A DNA stretch of 64,000 nt from Flavobacteriaceae bacterium (GCA_049609325.1 JBMYYK010000002.1:10382-74381), one strand, 5' to 3'; shown: positions 48,837 through 59,353, counted from the first letter of the stretch. Numbers and translations are program-made. The notes: a model not told the origin generated them from the letters alone.

Positions 48837-49547
48837 ATGTTTGCTATTTTAAAAAAAGAAATACACACCTTCTTTGCTACACCAGTAGGTTATTTAGTAA
48901 TAGGAGTTTTTCTGGTAACTAATGGTTTATTTCTATGGGTGTTAAAGGGGGAGTATAACATTTTCAATTATGGCTTTGCAGATTTGTCTGGCTATTATTT
49001 TTTAGCGCCATGGCTATTTTTATTTTTAATACCAGCCATAACCATGAAAAGCTTTTCAGAAGAAAACAAACAAGGTACACTTGAATTATTACTAACCAAG
49101 CCCATATCTCTCATACAATTAATATTGGGTAAATATCTCGGAGCTTTAAGTTTAATCTGCATAGCTTTAATCCCTACAGTACTATATATTTATACAATCA
49201 ATCAGCTTGGTAACCCGATAGGAAATATTGATTTAGGGAGTGCTATTGGAGCTTATTTGGGGTTATTAGGAGTCGCCATGGTGTACTGCGCTATTGGAAT
49301 ATTTACTTCTACACTGAGTAATAATCAAATTGTATCATTTATACTAGCAGTTATTCTGTGTTTTCTAATGTATTTTGGTTTTGAAACCTTATCAGAATAC
49401 ACCAATGACAGCGTCAGTATTATAGGTATAAAAACACATTTTGAACACATTAGTAAAGGAATTATAGACAGCAGAGATATTGTATATTTCATAACTGTTC
49501 CTGCACTGTTTTTATATATCACCAAATTAATTATAGCAAAAAAATAA
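48837..49547 (+). CDS. gldF: Gliding-motility ABC transporter permease GldF
   Basis: 236 aa ABC-2 permease. FADLSGYYFLAPWLFLFLIPAITMKSFSEENKQGTLELLLTKPIS is highly characteristic of GldF. Confidence 0.9.
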   Translation: MFAILKKEIHTFFATPVGYLVIGVFLVTNGLFLWVLKGEYNIFNYGFADLSGYYFLAPWLFLFLIPAITMKSFSEENKQGTLELLLTKPISLIQLILGKYLGALSLICIALIPTVLYIYTINQLGNPIGNIDLGSAIGAYLGLLGVAMVYCAIGIFTSTLSNNQIVSFILAVILCFLMYFGFETLSEYTNDSVSIIGIKTHFEHISKGIIDSRDIVYFITVPALFLYITKLIIAKK

Positions 49548-49550
49548 AGA

Positions 49551-50102
49551 ATGGTTTATACCCCAACATTAATCATATCATGTATTGTAATTGCCATATT
49601 ACTATACCTATTCCTAAATACAATAGACAACAAACGTAAGTGGTTAAACATACTATTAGCCCTACTCATTACACCGCTAGCCTATTTTTATATTTGGTAT
49701 CCTATTTCTACCATTTTTCTACCATACCATCATCATAAACAATTTGAAACTAATGCATGGATAGAAAAACCTGGTTTACGTTATGAAATGATAGATCATA
49801 TGATTGAAACAGATTTTTTAATTGGTAAATCAAAAGAGGAAGTTGGGCAATTATTAGGTGAAGTACAATGGTTAAGCTGGAACTATAAAAACAATGACTT
49901 TGACCCAGATGTTTGGAACTACGGGCTTGGTTTAATTCCTGGTGCATTTCAAGACATTAAAGAAGATGTTGAAATCACTTTCACAAACAACAAAGTAAGT
50001 GCTGTGAAGTTATCTCAAGCTGAGTACAATTTTGAAGACAACCAAGGAGAATCAAATAAAAAACTAGATTCTATAAACGCAAGATTTAACACACGAAAAT
50101 GA
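49551..50102 (+). CDS. Hypothetical membrane protein (two N-terminal TM segments plus a BamE/SmpA-like soluble domain)
   Basis: 183 aa. It starts 3 nt after the gldF stop, and its stop overlaps the gldG start (ATGA). IGKSKEEVGQLLGE resembles the SmpA_OmlA motif. Confidence 0.7.
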   Translation: MVYTPTLIISCIVIAILLYLFLNTIDNKRKWLNILLALLITPLAYFYIWYPISTIFLPYHHHKQFETNAWIEKPGLRYEMIDHMIETDFLIGKSKEEVGQLLGEVQWLSWNYKNNDFDPDVWNYGLGLIPGAFQDIKEDVEITFTNNKVSAVKLSQAEYNFEDNQGESNKKLDSINARFNTRK

Positions 50103-51754
50103 ATCTGAAAAACAACATAATAAAAACTATTACTGCTATTCTTGTAGTGTTTGTTGTTAATTTTTTAGCGTCAAAAATCTACACACGAATAGATATTACT
50201 GAAGATGGTAGGTATACACTATCAGAAGCCTCAAAAGAAACCGTTAACACTCAAGAACCTATTTATGTAGACGTATTCCTAACTGGCGAAATGCCATCGG
50301 AGTTTAAACGTTTGCAAATTGAAACTAGACAATTACTGGAGGAATTCAGAGAAGTTAATGACAATATTATCGTTACTTATGTAAATCCTAAAGATGAAAA
50401 TCCGGATATAAATATTCTAACTTTAGAAATGGAGAAATTCGGTATGCCCGCCTTAAGAATTGATGTTAAAGAAAACGGGAAAACATCTCAAGAAGTAATA
50501 TTCCCTTGGGCAGTAATTAACCACAATCAAAAAGTTGCAAAAGTTTCATTAATAAAAACAAACACAAACAACTCTATTGACAGAGTTAACAACTCAGTAC
50601 AACATTTAGAATACGCTTTTGCAAGTGCTTTTAAAGACGTTATTCTAGAAAAATCTAAAAAAATAGGACTCCTAATTGGTAACCAACAATTAGAAAGCAA
50701 GTATGTCTATGATTTCTTGAACACGTTAGAAAGCAGCTACCATATCATTCCAATAGCATTAGATTCTGCTGATATCAAACCAATAGAAACTTTTGAAAAT
50801 TTACAAAAACTAGACTTATTAATTAACGCCAAACCACAAAAAGCATTTTCTGACAACCAGAAATATGCACTAGATCAATACACAATTAACGGCGGAAAAT
50901 CACTTTGGCTACTAGATGTTGTTCATGCTGAAATGGACAGTATATCAGAAAAAGGGCAAACCTTAGCTCTAGCAAAAGATTTGAACTTAAAAGACATGTT
51001 TTTTCAATATGGGTTTAGAGTCAACCCAGTGCTTACTAAAGACATGTATGCATCAGATGTTGTGCTGTTAGACAACAACAATCAACCTAATCGTTACCCT
51101 TGGTTTTACAACCCATTAGTAATTCCGCAAACCAAACACGCCATAGTCAACAACATTAGTCCTGTAAAATTTGAATTTGCAAACACTATAGATTTAGTCA
51201 AACAAGGGATCAATATCAAAAAAACACCTCTATTACAAACTTCAGAAATTTCTGCAACAGTTGGTATGCCAAAAATTATCAACTTAAATGAAATCAGTAA
51301 AAAACCAGATGCCAAAGCATTTACAAAACAGAATTTAACCTTGGCAGCTTTATTTGAGGGTAATTTCACCTCAACATATAAAAACCGAATAAAACCTTTT
51401 GATTACAGCAATCATAAAGACGAAAACAAAAGCTCAAAAATGATTGTTATTGCTGATGGTGATGTGATAAAAAACCACATTGACAGAGGAAAGCCATTGC
51501 CTTTAGGCTATGATAAATGGACGCAACAAAATTACGGAAACAAAGAATTTTTATTAAACGCCGTTAACTATTTATTAGATGATACAGGCTTAATGCAAGT
51601 AAGAAATAAAGAGGTGAAAATTCCGTTTTTAGATGTAGAACGTATTGCAAAAGAGAAAACAAAATGGCAACTCATAAACATTGTCATTCCTTTCATTACT
51701 CTACTATTATTTGGCTTAATTTACACTTACATAAGAAAACGTAAATACAGCTAA
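50099..51754 (+). CDS. gldG: Gliding-motility-associated ABC transporter component GldG
   Basis: 551 aa with N- and C-terminal TM anchors. RIDITEDGRYTLSEASK start motif. Context is gldF upstream and dnaN downstream, as in Flavobacterium. Confidence 0.88.
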   Translation: MNLKNNIIKTITAILVVFVVNFLASKIYTRIDITEDGRYTLSEASKETVNTQEPIYVDVFLTGEMPSEFKRLQIETRQLLEEFREVNDNIIVTYVNPKDENPDINILTLEMEKFGMPALRIDVKENGKTSQEVIFPWAVINHNQKVAKVSLIKTNTNNSIDRVNNSVQHLEYAFASAFKDVILEKSKKIGLLIGNQQLESKYVYDFLNTLESSYHIIPIALDSADIKPIETFENLQKLDLLINAKPQKAFSDNQKYALDQYTINGGKSLWLLDVVHAEMDSISEKGQTLALAKDLNLKDMFFQYGFRVNPVLTKDMYASDVVLLDNNNQPNRYPWFYNPLVIPQTKHAIVNNISPVKFEFANTIDLVKQGINIKKTPLLQTSEISATVGMPKIINLNEISKKPDAKAFTKQNLTLAALFEGNFTSTYKNRIKPFDYSNHKDENKSSKMIVIADGDVIKNHIDRGKPLPLGYDKWTQQNYGNKEFLLNAVNYLLDDTGLMQVRNKEVKIPFLDVERIAKEKTKWQLINIVIPFITLLLFGLIYTYIRKRKYS

Positions 51755-51816
51755 TTTTTGTTGAAAAACCGTACATCTTGTTAATAACATTCTTTCCTAA
51801 TCACAAGGAAATAAGA

Positions 51817-51824
51817 TATATTTG
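51817..51824 (+). promoter_or_regulatory. -7 box TATATTTG for dnaN
   Basis: Exact consensus 24 nt upstream of ATG 51849. Confidence 0.5.
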
Positions 51825-51848
51825 TAACTCGTATAAAAAAGAAAACAA

Positions 51849-52967
51849 ATGAAATTTATAGTTTCAAGTTCATATTTACTTAAACAACTTCAAATATTGG
51901 GTGGGGTTATTAATAGCAATAACACACTACCAATTTTAGACAATTTTTTGTTTGAATTGAAGCAATCTACTTTAGTAGTTTCTGCAAGTGATTTAGAAAC
52001 AACTATGTCATCTACATTAGATGTAGAATCTGAGTCTAACGGAAGTGTCGCCATTCCTGCAAAGTTGTTATTAGATACTTTAAAAACGTTTCCTGAGCAA
52101 CCGTTAACGTTTATTATTGAAGACAACAATACTGTTGAAATTAGCTCAAATCACGGTAAATATGCGTTAGCTTATGCTAACGGGGAAGAATTTCCTAAAT
52201 CGGTTTCTTTAAGCAACCCAAGTAAAACGTTGTTTAAAGGAGATATTTTAGCCACAGCAATTAGTAAAACTATTTTCGCTGCTGGAAATGACGATTTAAG
52301 ACCCGTGATGAGTGGAGTATTCTTTCAGTTTTCTACAGAGAGTTTAACTTTTGTTGCTACAGACGCTCACAAATTAGTAAAATACCAACGTACAGATGTT
52401 ACCGCTTCTGAAACCGCAGAATTCATTATGCCTAAAAAACCTTTGAATTTATTAAAAGGAATTTTAGCCGGAAGTGATAGCGAAGTTACAATGGAATATA
52501 ACGAATCTAACGCTAGATTTACTTTTGATAATATTGACTTGGTTTGTCGTTTAATAGACGGGAAATACCCTAATTACGAGGCTGTAATTCCTAAAGAAAA
52601 TCCAAACCAACTGACTATAGCTAGAAATCAGTTTTTAAACTCTGTGAAGCGTGTGTCTATTTTCTCTAATAAAACCACACACCAAATTCGTTTAAAAATT
52701 GCTGGTGCAGAATTGAACATTTCTGCAGAAGATATTGACTATTCAAATAAAGCTGAAGAGCGTTTAACGTGCGATTATCAAGGTGATGATTTACAAATAG
52801 GCTTTAACTCTCGTTTTTTAACAGAAATGTTAAACAACCTTGCTTCAGATGACGTGTCATTAGAAATGAGTTTACCAAACAGAGCAGGAATCTTGACACC
52901 AATTGATGGGTTAGATGAAGGCGAGCAAATTACCATGCTTGTTATGCCTGTAATGTTAAACAACTAA
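51849..52967 (+). CDS. dnaN: DNA polymerase III beta sliding clamp
   Basis: 372 aa. MKFIVSSSYLLKQLQ, LPILDNFLFEL, ATDAHKL, YPNYEAVIP, MPVMLN. Confidence 0.96.
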   Translation: MKFIVSSSYLLKQLQILGGVINSNNTLPILDNFLFELKQSTLVVSASDLETTMSSTLDVESESNGSVAIPAKLLLDTLKTFPEQPLTFIIEDNNTVEISSNHGKYALAYANGEEFPKSVSLSNPSKTLFKGDILATAISKTIFAAGNDDLRPVMSGVFFQFSTESLTFVATDAHKLVKYQRTDVTASETAEFIMPKKPLNLLKGILAGSDSEVTMEYNESNARFTFDNIDLVCRLIDGKYPNYEAVIPKENPNQLTIARNQFLNSVKRVSIFSNKTTHQIRLKIAGAELNISAEDIDYSNKAEERLTCDYQGDDLQIGFNSRFLTEMLNNLASDDVSLEMSLPNRAGILTPIDGLDEGEQITMLVMPVMLNN

Positions 52968-52988
52968 TACCAAAAACCAACCAAAACT

Positions 52989-53022
52989 AAAAAGAGGACT
53001 TGCTTATGCAGTCCTCTTTTTT
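52989..53022. terminator. Bidirectional terminator between dnaN and the S1-domain gene
   Basis: aaaaAGAGGACTtgcttatgcAGTCCTCTtttttt. Confidence 0.85.
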
Positions 53023-53045
53023 ATTATAAAATTTATGTTTGATGA

Positions 53046-53900
53046 TTATTTAAAATCTTGCTCAGGCAAGTCACCCACTAAATAAATTCCATCATTCTCC
53101 AAAGTAATCAGTTTATCTTTATATAAAGACCCTATAGCTTTTTTAAACGTCTTTTTACTCATTTGTAAAAGCTGCTTTATAATTTCTGGGTTAGACTTAT
53201 CTGTCACCCCTAAAAACCCATCGTTTTTCTTCAATTCAGATAATATAACCTGTGCATTAGGCTCTATATTTTTATAGCCTATTTGTTGAAATGATACATC
53301 AATTTTATTACCAGGCCTTATTTTTTTAATATACCCAGTCATGACATCTCCTACTCTAATATTTTGAAATACTTGATCTTCATACACCAATCCTTTATGT
53401 TGCTGGTTGATGATAACATTTATACCAATATCAGTCATATGTGAGACAACAATATCAACTTCGTCAAACTGTTTTACAGTTAAATTTTCATTTGACAAAT
53501 ACTTATTGATTTTACTAGTTCCTACTAAACGACCAGTTTTATCATCTAAAAACATATATACCAAATAGCTTTTTCCGGCTTGCATTGGTCTTGCTTGTTC
53601 ATTAAATGGCACAAATAAGTCTTTTTCAATACCTAAATCTAAAAACGCGCCATGCCTTGTAACTTGATTAACTTCTAACCAGCCAAATTCTTCTAATTGT
53701 ATAAAAGGCATCTCTGTAGTAGCAATTAAACGTTCTTCGTTATCTAAATACAAAAACACATCAATTAACTCACCTATCTCAAAAGATTCTGGGATGTATT
53801 TCCCTGGCAATAACACATCATTTCCTTCTTCATCTACCAAGAATAATCCTGGAGCAGTATCTCTATCTATTTCAAGCCTATTTACTCTTCCTAATTCCAT
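53046..53900 (-). CDS. S1-domain RNA-binding protein (CvfB/YitL family)
   Basis: 284 aa. Three S1-like repeats and a C-terminal winged-helix (SKKTFKKAIGSLYKDKLI). Confidence 0.82.
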   Translation of the reverse strand: MELGRVNRLEIDRDTAPGLFLVDEEGNDVLLPGKYIPESFEIGELIDVFLYLDNEERLIATTEMPFIQLEEFGWLEVNQVTRHGAFLDLGIEKDLFVPFNEQARPMQAGKSYLVYMFLDDKTGRLVGTSKINKYLSNENLTVKQFDEVDIVVSHMTDIGINVIINQQHKGLVYEDQVFQNIRVGDVMTGYIKKIRPGNKIDVSFQQIGYKNIEPNAQVILSELKKNDGFLGVTDKSNPEIIKQLLQMSKKTFKKAIGSLYKDKLITLENDGIYLVGDLPEQDFK

Positions 53901-53917
53901 AATTTATATTTACCATG

Positions 53918-53925
53918 CAAAAGTA
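53918..53925 (-). promoter_or_regulatory. -7 box (TACTTTTG on the minus strand) for the S1-domain gene
   Basis: The plus strand reads CAAAAGTA, 17 nt upstream of the start at 53900. Confidence 0.5.
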
Positions 53926-53977
53926 CAGCTTTTTAGTTTTTGACTGTTAATTACATTATCTTTTAATTGTAGCATAT

Positions 53978-54008
53978 AAAAAAGGCACTCATGATGAGTG
54001 CCTTTTTT
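53978..54008 (-). terminator. Terminator of the DUF2853 gene
   Basis: aaaaaaGGCACTCAtgaTGAGTGCCtttttt. Confidence 0.8.
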
Positions 54009-54026
54009 ATACTTAGCTACATTTGT

Positions 54027-54368
54027 TTAATTGTAAACAGATGCTTTATTAAAGTGAACAGTTAATAAGTAATACACAACTGCTCTGTATTTATTTCTAT
54101 TAGATCTTCCGTATTTTTCCATTACAGCGTCAATTCCTTTATCTAAATCAGCACTATCGCTTAATCCTAATTTTTTAATCAAGAAATTATTTTTTACTGT
54201 TGCCAATTCTTTTTCATCAGTTCCTGAAACTGTTGAAGCGTCTTTATTATAGATAGAAGGACCACATCCTATTACCACTTTTGTTAATAAATCCATATCA
54301 GCATTCACACCACACTTGTCTTTTAAATCTGCAGTGTATTTTTGAATCAATTCGTCTCTTTTACTCAT
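54027..54368 (-). CDS. DUF2853 family protein
   Basis: 113 aa. MSKRDELIQKYTADLKDKCGV...GCGPSIYNKDASTV pattern of DUF2853. Confidence 0.78.
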   Translation of the reverse strand: MSKRDELIQKYTADLKDKCGVNADMDLLTKVVIGCGPSIYNKDASTVSGTDEKELATVKNNFLIKKLGLSDSADLDKGIDAVMEKYGRSNRNKYRAVVYYLLTVHFNKASVYN

Positions 54369-54402
54369 AATAGTCAGTTTGTTATTATACTTGTGTTTTT
54401 AC

Positions 54403-54410
54403 CAAATATA
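54403..54410 (-). promoter_or_regulatory. -7 box (TATATTTG on the minus strand) for the DUF2853 gene
   Basis: The plus strand reads CAAATATA, 34 nt upstream of the start at 54368. Confidence 0.5.
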
Positions 54411-54441
54411 ACAATTTCTAATTAAAATAAAGCCATTCTAA

Positions 54442-56109
54442 CTAAGCATTATTTCTCATAAACTCAAAATATTGCAACAACACATCATCATTTGTAGTTC
54501 TTGGCGTAAAAATTTCTAATAATGCAGGCTTTTCATCATCTAAAAAAAAACATGAAAGTTCCGATTGCAAATCAGCCGCATTAGAAACCGCTTTATAACT
54601 CATCCCGTACATCTGACAAAGGTATTCTGCAGTAAGGTTATGCGTTGTTTCAAAATAAGTTTCAAAATTCTCTGTGTTTTTTTGCCCTGGTAATATCCTA
54701 AATATACCTCCTCCACTATTGTTTATAACTATAATTCTAAACGATTTTGGCATATAATTATTCCATAATGCATTAGAATCATAGAAAAAACTCAAATCTC
54801 CTGTAATCAATATATTTTGTTGAGCTGACACAGCAGCATGACCAATTGCCGTACTCGTAGAACCATCTATACCACTAGTACCTCTATTACAATATTGTAT
54901 TACACTAGGGTTTTGATTAAATAATTGCACATACCTAATTGTAGAGCTATTACTCAAGTGTAATACAGAGTGTTCTGGGATTGCTTTTAAAATACTTTCA
55001 AAGGCTTTAAAGTCAGAAAACGGAATAGTTTTTAAATAGGCGTCATGTTGTATTGCTCTATGAGTTTTTATGGATAACCATTGAGTTTGGTAAGACGAAT
55101 TAACAGGCAATGCGTCTGCCATTAAGCGCTTAAAAAAATGAGTTTCATTAAGCTTAAAATGATGTTGCAAACAAAAATATGTATCTAAAGCCTTACAAGT
55201 GCCTACATGAAAATGCGCTTCAGGCTGGTAGGTGCGCAAAAACTTTTTTACTTTTTTAGATACTACCAAACCGCCGATAGTTACTAGAGTTTCAGGTCTT
55301 AACTTCTGAAAATCTTCAGAATCTAATGGCGCAATATATTTATCAATACTTGAGCAAAAATTCTCATGATGTACATTTGACGTCGACTCTGTAAGAACTA
55401 TTGTCGCTTTATCATTAGCTAAATACTCCAATACGTCTTGCTCAATGTTATTCGGGGTATTTACCCCAATTAACACCATACGCTTATGTGACGTATTCCA
55501 TTGCTGAGTAAAATCTGCATAAGCACTCTCATCTATACTATAATCAGAAACCTCCTCTGGTATTACAGTTATTGCTTCAGTCATCTCGGGCTGAGTTTCA
55601 TATAAAGGCTCTGCAAAAGGCACATTAATATGAACTGGTCCGTTATGACCTTTAGCGGTATTGATAGCCGTATTAATGTCAATTTGATTCTGTTTTGAAT
55701 GCTCAGACAAATTAGCCGAATACAACACGTGTTTCCCAAAGATGTTCTCTTGATAAATCGTTTGACCATCCCCTATACCTATCAAATGCTGAGGCCTATC
55801 AGCAGAAATAACAACCAAAGGAATCTGACTATAAAAAGCTTCTGCAACGGCAGGATGATAATTTAACATAGCAGAACCCGACGTACACACTACAGCTATT
55901 GGCTGTTGCAATTGCTGAGCCATACCTAAGGCAAAAAAAGCGGCACAACGTTCATCTACAACACTATAGGTGTTTATGTTTGGATGCGATGAAAAGCTAA
56001 TGGTTAAAGGGGCATTACGACTCCCTGGAGAAATCACCACATGCTTTACACCCTTTTTCTCACATAATTGTACGATTTGTTGCGCTAATGGTATGTTGGA
56101 GTAATTCAT
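54442..56109 (-). CDS. menD: SEPHCHC synthase (2-succinyl-5-enolpyruvyl-6-hydroxy-3-cyclohexene-1-carboxylate synthase)
   Basis: 555 aa. ISPGSRNAPL and the TPP-binding GDLSFFYDSNAL...NNSGGGIF. Confidence 0.92.
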   Translation of the reverse strand: MNYSNIPLAQQIVQLCEKKGVKHVVISPGSRNAPLTISFSSHPNINTYSVVDERCAAFFALGMAQQLQQPIAVVCTSGSAMLNYHPAVAEAFYSQIPLVVISADRPQHLIGIGDGQTIYQENIFGKHVLYSANLSEHSKQNQIDINTAINTAKGHNGPVHINVPFAEPLYETQPEMTEAITVIPEEVSDYSIDESAYADFTQQWNTSHKRMVLIGVNTPNNIEQDVLEYLANDKATIVLTESTSNVHHENFCSSIDKYIAPLDSEDFQKLRPETLVTIGGLVVSKKVKKFLRTYQPEAHFHVGTCKALDTYFCLQHHFKLNETHFFKRLMADALPVNSSYQTQWLSIKTHRAIQHDAYLKTIPFSDFKAFESILKAIPEHSVLHLSNSSTIRYVQLFNQNPSVIQYCNRGTSGIDGSTSTAIGHAAVSAQQNILITGDLSFFYDSNALWNNYMPKSFRIIVINNSGGGIFRILPGQKNTENFETYFETTHNLTAEYLCQMYGMSYKAVSNAADLQSELSCFFLDDEKPALLEIFTPRTTNDDVLLQYFEFMRNNA

Positions 56110-56116
56110 TAAAACA

Positions 56117-56734
56117 TTAATTTTTTAGTGATTGCTCAAAAGGGATGCGGTGCAAAATACTACGCCCTAAAGTGACCTCATCGGCATACTCTAATTCATC
56201 ACCTACAGAGATTCCTCGTGCAATGGTAGATACCGTTACATCATAACCTTCTAATTTTCTAAACATATAAAAGTTAGTGGTATCCCCTTCCATTGTTGAG
56301 CTCATTGCAAAAATCAATTCGTCAACTTTACCATCGGTAACTTTTTGTACCAAAGATTCAATAGTTAAGTCTGAAGGTCCAATACCATCTATTGGTGAAA
56401 TTTTACCTCCTAATACATGATACACTCCTTTAAATTGCCCTGTACTTTCTATAGCCATGACATCTCTAATATCTTCTACAACACATATGAGTTTAGAATT
56501 TCGAGACGGGTTAGCACATATTTCACATAAATCAACATCAGAAATATTATGACAATTTTTACAATACTTCAACTCATTACGCACTTGTTGTAATGCAAAA
56601 GACAATCTATTGGTTTGATCTTTATGTTGCCCCAATAAATGCAATACTAAACGCAACGCAGTACGTTTACCAATACCGGGCAACTGTGACATTTCATAGA
56701 CAGCGTTTTCTAAAAGTTTTGATGAGAATTCCAT
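56117..56734 (-). CDS. recR: Recombination protein RecR
   Basis: 205 aa. [12 protein letters not shown] HhH, C4 zinc finger CKNCHN..CEIC, Toprim VVEDIRDV. Confidence 0.96.
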   Translation of the reverse strand: MEFSSKLLENAVYEMSQLPGIGKRTALRLVLHLLGQHKDQTNRLSFALQQVRNELKYCKNCHNISDVDLCEICANPSRNSKLICVVEDIRDVMAIESTGQFKGVYHVLGGKISPIDGIGPSDLTIESLVQKVTDGKVDELIFAMSSTMEGDTTNFYMFRKLEGYDVTVSTIARGISVGDELEYADEVTLGRSILHRIPFEQSLKN

Positions 56735-56836
56735 GGGGTAAATTTACAACATCAACAGTAATTATTATCATTTCTTAAGACTATTATTGACAACACTACA
56801 AGTTAATTTGTATTTTGGCTACTTTAATTATTTTTT

Positions 56837-58285
56837 ATGAATGCAACACAAATTATAGCATTAATTTCTGCCTACTTTGGCGTATTAATTCTTATATCAT
56901 ACTTAACAGGAAAAAAAACTGGAAACGATGCCTTTTTTAAAGGAAATAGACAATCGCCTTGGTATGTTGTAGCCTTTGGTATGATTGGCGCGTCGTTATC
57001 TGGAGTAACATTTATATCAGTACCAGGATGGGTAGAAGCCTCACAATTCAGTTATATGCAAATGGTATTGGGGTATATTATTGGGTATGCCGTTATAGGT
57101 TTGGTGTTACTACCACTCTATTACAAGCTCAACTTAACCTCAATATACACGTATTTAGATTCAAGATTTGGAAATTATTCCTATAAAACTGGCGCTTCAT
57201 TTTTTCTGATATCTCGAATTATTGGTGCTAGTTTTAGATTGTTTTTAGTCGCTAATGTCTTGCAAATAATTTTATTTGATGATTTAGGCATACAGTTTTG
57301 GCAAACGGTGACTATTACTGTTGTTCTTATTTGGTTGTACACCTTTAAATCTGGTATAAAAACCATAGTTTGGACAGACACCCTACAAACACTATTCATG
57401 CTTATTGCCGTTGGTGTAGCTATATATGTTGTGAGTGATAGCATTAATCTTAATGGGCAATCGGCGTTTAGTTTTGTGCTAGACAATGACTTATCTAAAA
57501 TATTCTTTTTTGACGATTATAAAGCTGGAAACTACTTCTGGAAACAATTCATTTCTGGAGCATTTATTGCCATAGTAATGACAGGATTAGATCAAGACAT
57601 GATGCAGAAAAACTTGACTTGTAAAACCTTAAAAGACGCACAAAAAAACATGTTTTGGTTTACTATTGTCTTAACTGTAGTTAATTTTATATTCTTAAGT
57701 TTAGGTTTACTACTAACCGTATACGCTCAACAAAACGGGATTGACGCACATAAAGACAATTTATTTGCAGTTTTATCACAACATCACTTAGGTATTGGAG
57801 TCTTTTGTTTTTTCTTATTAGGATTAATTGCTGCAGCATATAGTAGTGCTGATAGTGCTTTAACATCATTAACAACATCATTTAGTATTGATATTTTAGA
57901 TATAAAAAAGAAATACGAGAAACAACAACAAATTAAAATCAGAAAACAAATTCATGTCGTAATTTCGCTTGTTTTAATTGCTGTAATTATCATCTTTAAA
58001 TATGTTTTAAAAGATGTAAGCGTTATTGCAAAACTATTCAAATTGGCAGGATACACTTATGGTCCTTTATTAGGATTATACGCTTTTGGTTTATTTACAA
58101 AGTGGCAAATTAAAGACAAACTTGTGCCAGTTATTGCTATTCTATCTCCTATACTATCATACATTATAAGTATGAATAGCTTAAAATGGTTTGGCTTCGA
58201 ATTCGGATTTTTCATCTTAATTCTTAATGGAGCACTTACTTTTTTAGGACTTTTAGCAATTACACAAAAACAACATCATTCATAA
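56837..58285 (+). CDS. Sodium:solute symporter family transporter
   Basis: 482 aa with about 13 TM segments. GNRQSPWYVVAFGMIGASLSGVTFISVPG is typical of the SSS family. Confidence 0.85.
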   Translation: MNATQIIALISAYFGVLILISYLTGKKTGNDAFFKGNRQSPWYVVAFGMIGASLSGVTFISVPGWVEASQFSYMQMVLGYIIGYAVIGLVLLPLYYKLNLTSIYTYLDSRFGNYSYKTGASFFLISRIIGASFRLFLVANVLQIILFDDLGIQFWQTVTITVVLIWLYTFKSGIKTIVWTDTLQTLFMLIAVGVAIYVVSDSINLNGQSAFSFVLDNDLSKIFFFDDYKAGNYFWKQFISGAFIAIVMTGLDQDMMQKNLTCKTLKDAQKNMFWFTIVLTVVNFIFLSLGLLLTVYAQQNGIDAHKDNLFAVLSQHHLGIGVFCFFLLGLIAAAYSSADSALTSLTTSFSIDILDIKKKYEKQQQIKIRKQIHVVISLVLIAVIIIFKYVLKDVSVIAKLFKLAGYTYGPLLGLYAFGLFTKWQIKDKLVPVIAILSPILSYIISMNSLKWFGFEFGFFILILNGALTFLGLLAITQKQHHS

Positions 58286-58327
58286 CAACTTAAAAGAAGT
58301 TTAGCTTTTATAATTGCAATTAAATGG

Positions 58328-58335
58328 TACTTTTG
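58328..58335 (+). promoter_or_regulatory. -7 box TACTTTTG for slyD
   Basis: Exact consensus 17 nt upstream of ATG 58353. Confidence 0.55.
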
Positions 58336-58352
58336 CCGAAAATTTATTTTTT

Positions 58353-58856
58353 ATGAGCGATATAAAGCACAAAGCAATTGCAGTAGAATACAACTTATAT
58401 AGAGACACTGCAGAAGGAGAACTAATAGAATCTACAGAAGGAAAATCACCTTTAGCCTTTTTATCTGGTTTAGGGCAAATGATTCCTGAATTTGAAGATA
58501 ATATTACGGCCTTAAATGAAGGTGATGCATTTTCTTTCGGAATAAAATCTGAAAACGCATACGGAACACGTAAAGACGAAGCTGTTATTGAATTAGCACA
58601 AGATATGTTTATGAATGAAGGGAAAATGATTCCTGAGGTTACTGTAGGTAACGTTTTACCTTTACAAGATCAGAACGGTAATGTTATTCCTGGTAGAGTT
58701 TTAGCTATTAATGAAACTACTGTAACTGTAGATGTAAATCATTTATTAGCAGACCAAGATTTATACTTTACTGGTAAAATTGTAGAAATGAGAGAAGCCA
58801 CTGCAGAAGAAATTGAGCACAAGCATGTTCATGGTGCACACGGTCATCAACATTAA
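58353..58856 (+). CDS. slyD: FKBP-type peptidyl-prolyl isomerase SlyD-like with His-rich tail
   Basis: Start at MSDIKHKAIAVEY, because the TACTTTTG -7 box at 58328-58335 lies inside the longer track ORF. FLSGLGQMIPEFE, an IF-domain insert, and the C-terminal HKHVHGAHGHQH. Confidence 0.88.
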   Translation: MSDIKHKAIAVEYNLYRDTAEGELIESTEGKSPLAFLSGLGQMIPEFEDNITALNEGDAFSFGIKSENAYGTRKDEAVIELAQDMFMNEGKMIPEVTVGNVLPLQDQNGNVIPGRVLAINETTVTVDVNHLLADQDLYFTGKIVEMREATAEEIEHKHVHGAHGHQH

Positions 58857-58877
58857 TACAGCTTAACACTACAATAA

Positions 58878-58916
58878 ACCCCTATTTAACTTTTTAGATA
58901 GGGGTAATTTTTTATA
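58878..58916. terminator. Terminator between slyD and the CoA-binding gene
   Basis: ACCCCTAT-loop-ATAGGGGT followed by aatttttt. Confidence 0.6.
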
Positions 58917-58926
58917 CTATTTCTCT

Positions 58927-59289
58927 TTAAAATTGATTGGTAGATAATAACACTAAAGTACACGCTTCTTCATATATTATATTGTGTGCATTCAATAGAG
59001 TATAGAACCCCGAATTTTCCGTCCCGGGATTAAAAATTACACGTTTTGGTTGTAAACTCAATAAGTAATTATAATATGGTTCCTGTCGTTTCGGATTCAT
59101 ATACAATGTAATAGTATCTACATCTGAGTAAGGCACTAACTCAGAATCAATTTCTACACCAGCAACGTGTCCGGAAACCAAACCATAAGCAACTACATTT
59201 TTGTTTGTACTGACCAATTTATTAATGGCCATGTTGGAGTATCGTTCGGGTTTTAATGATGCTCCAAACACTAATACTTTATTCTTCAT
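58927..59289 (-). CDS. CoA-binding domain protein
   Basis: 120 aa. VLVFGASLKPERYSN Rossmann-like N-terminus of YccU/CoA_binding_2 proteins. Confidence 0.8.
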   Translation of the reverse strand: MKNKVLVFGASLKPERYSNMAINKLVSTNKNVVAYGLVSGHVAGVEIDSELVPYSDVDTITLYMNPKRQEPYYNYLLSLQPKRVIFNPGTENSGFYTLLNAHNIIYEEACTLVLLSTNQF

Positions 59290-59353
59290 TTGCTATGCTT
59301 TTAACATTTAGTATATAACTATCTATAAATTAAGACGTCCCATCAAACTCTAT

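Noticed and set aside
54539-54552. A9/T9 homopolymer inside the menD coding sequence as a phase-variation switch
   Set aside because: The reading frame is intact, and menD is a housekeeping gene. A single homopolymer in an AT-rich genome is expected by composition.
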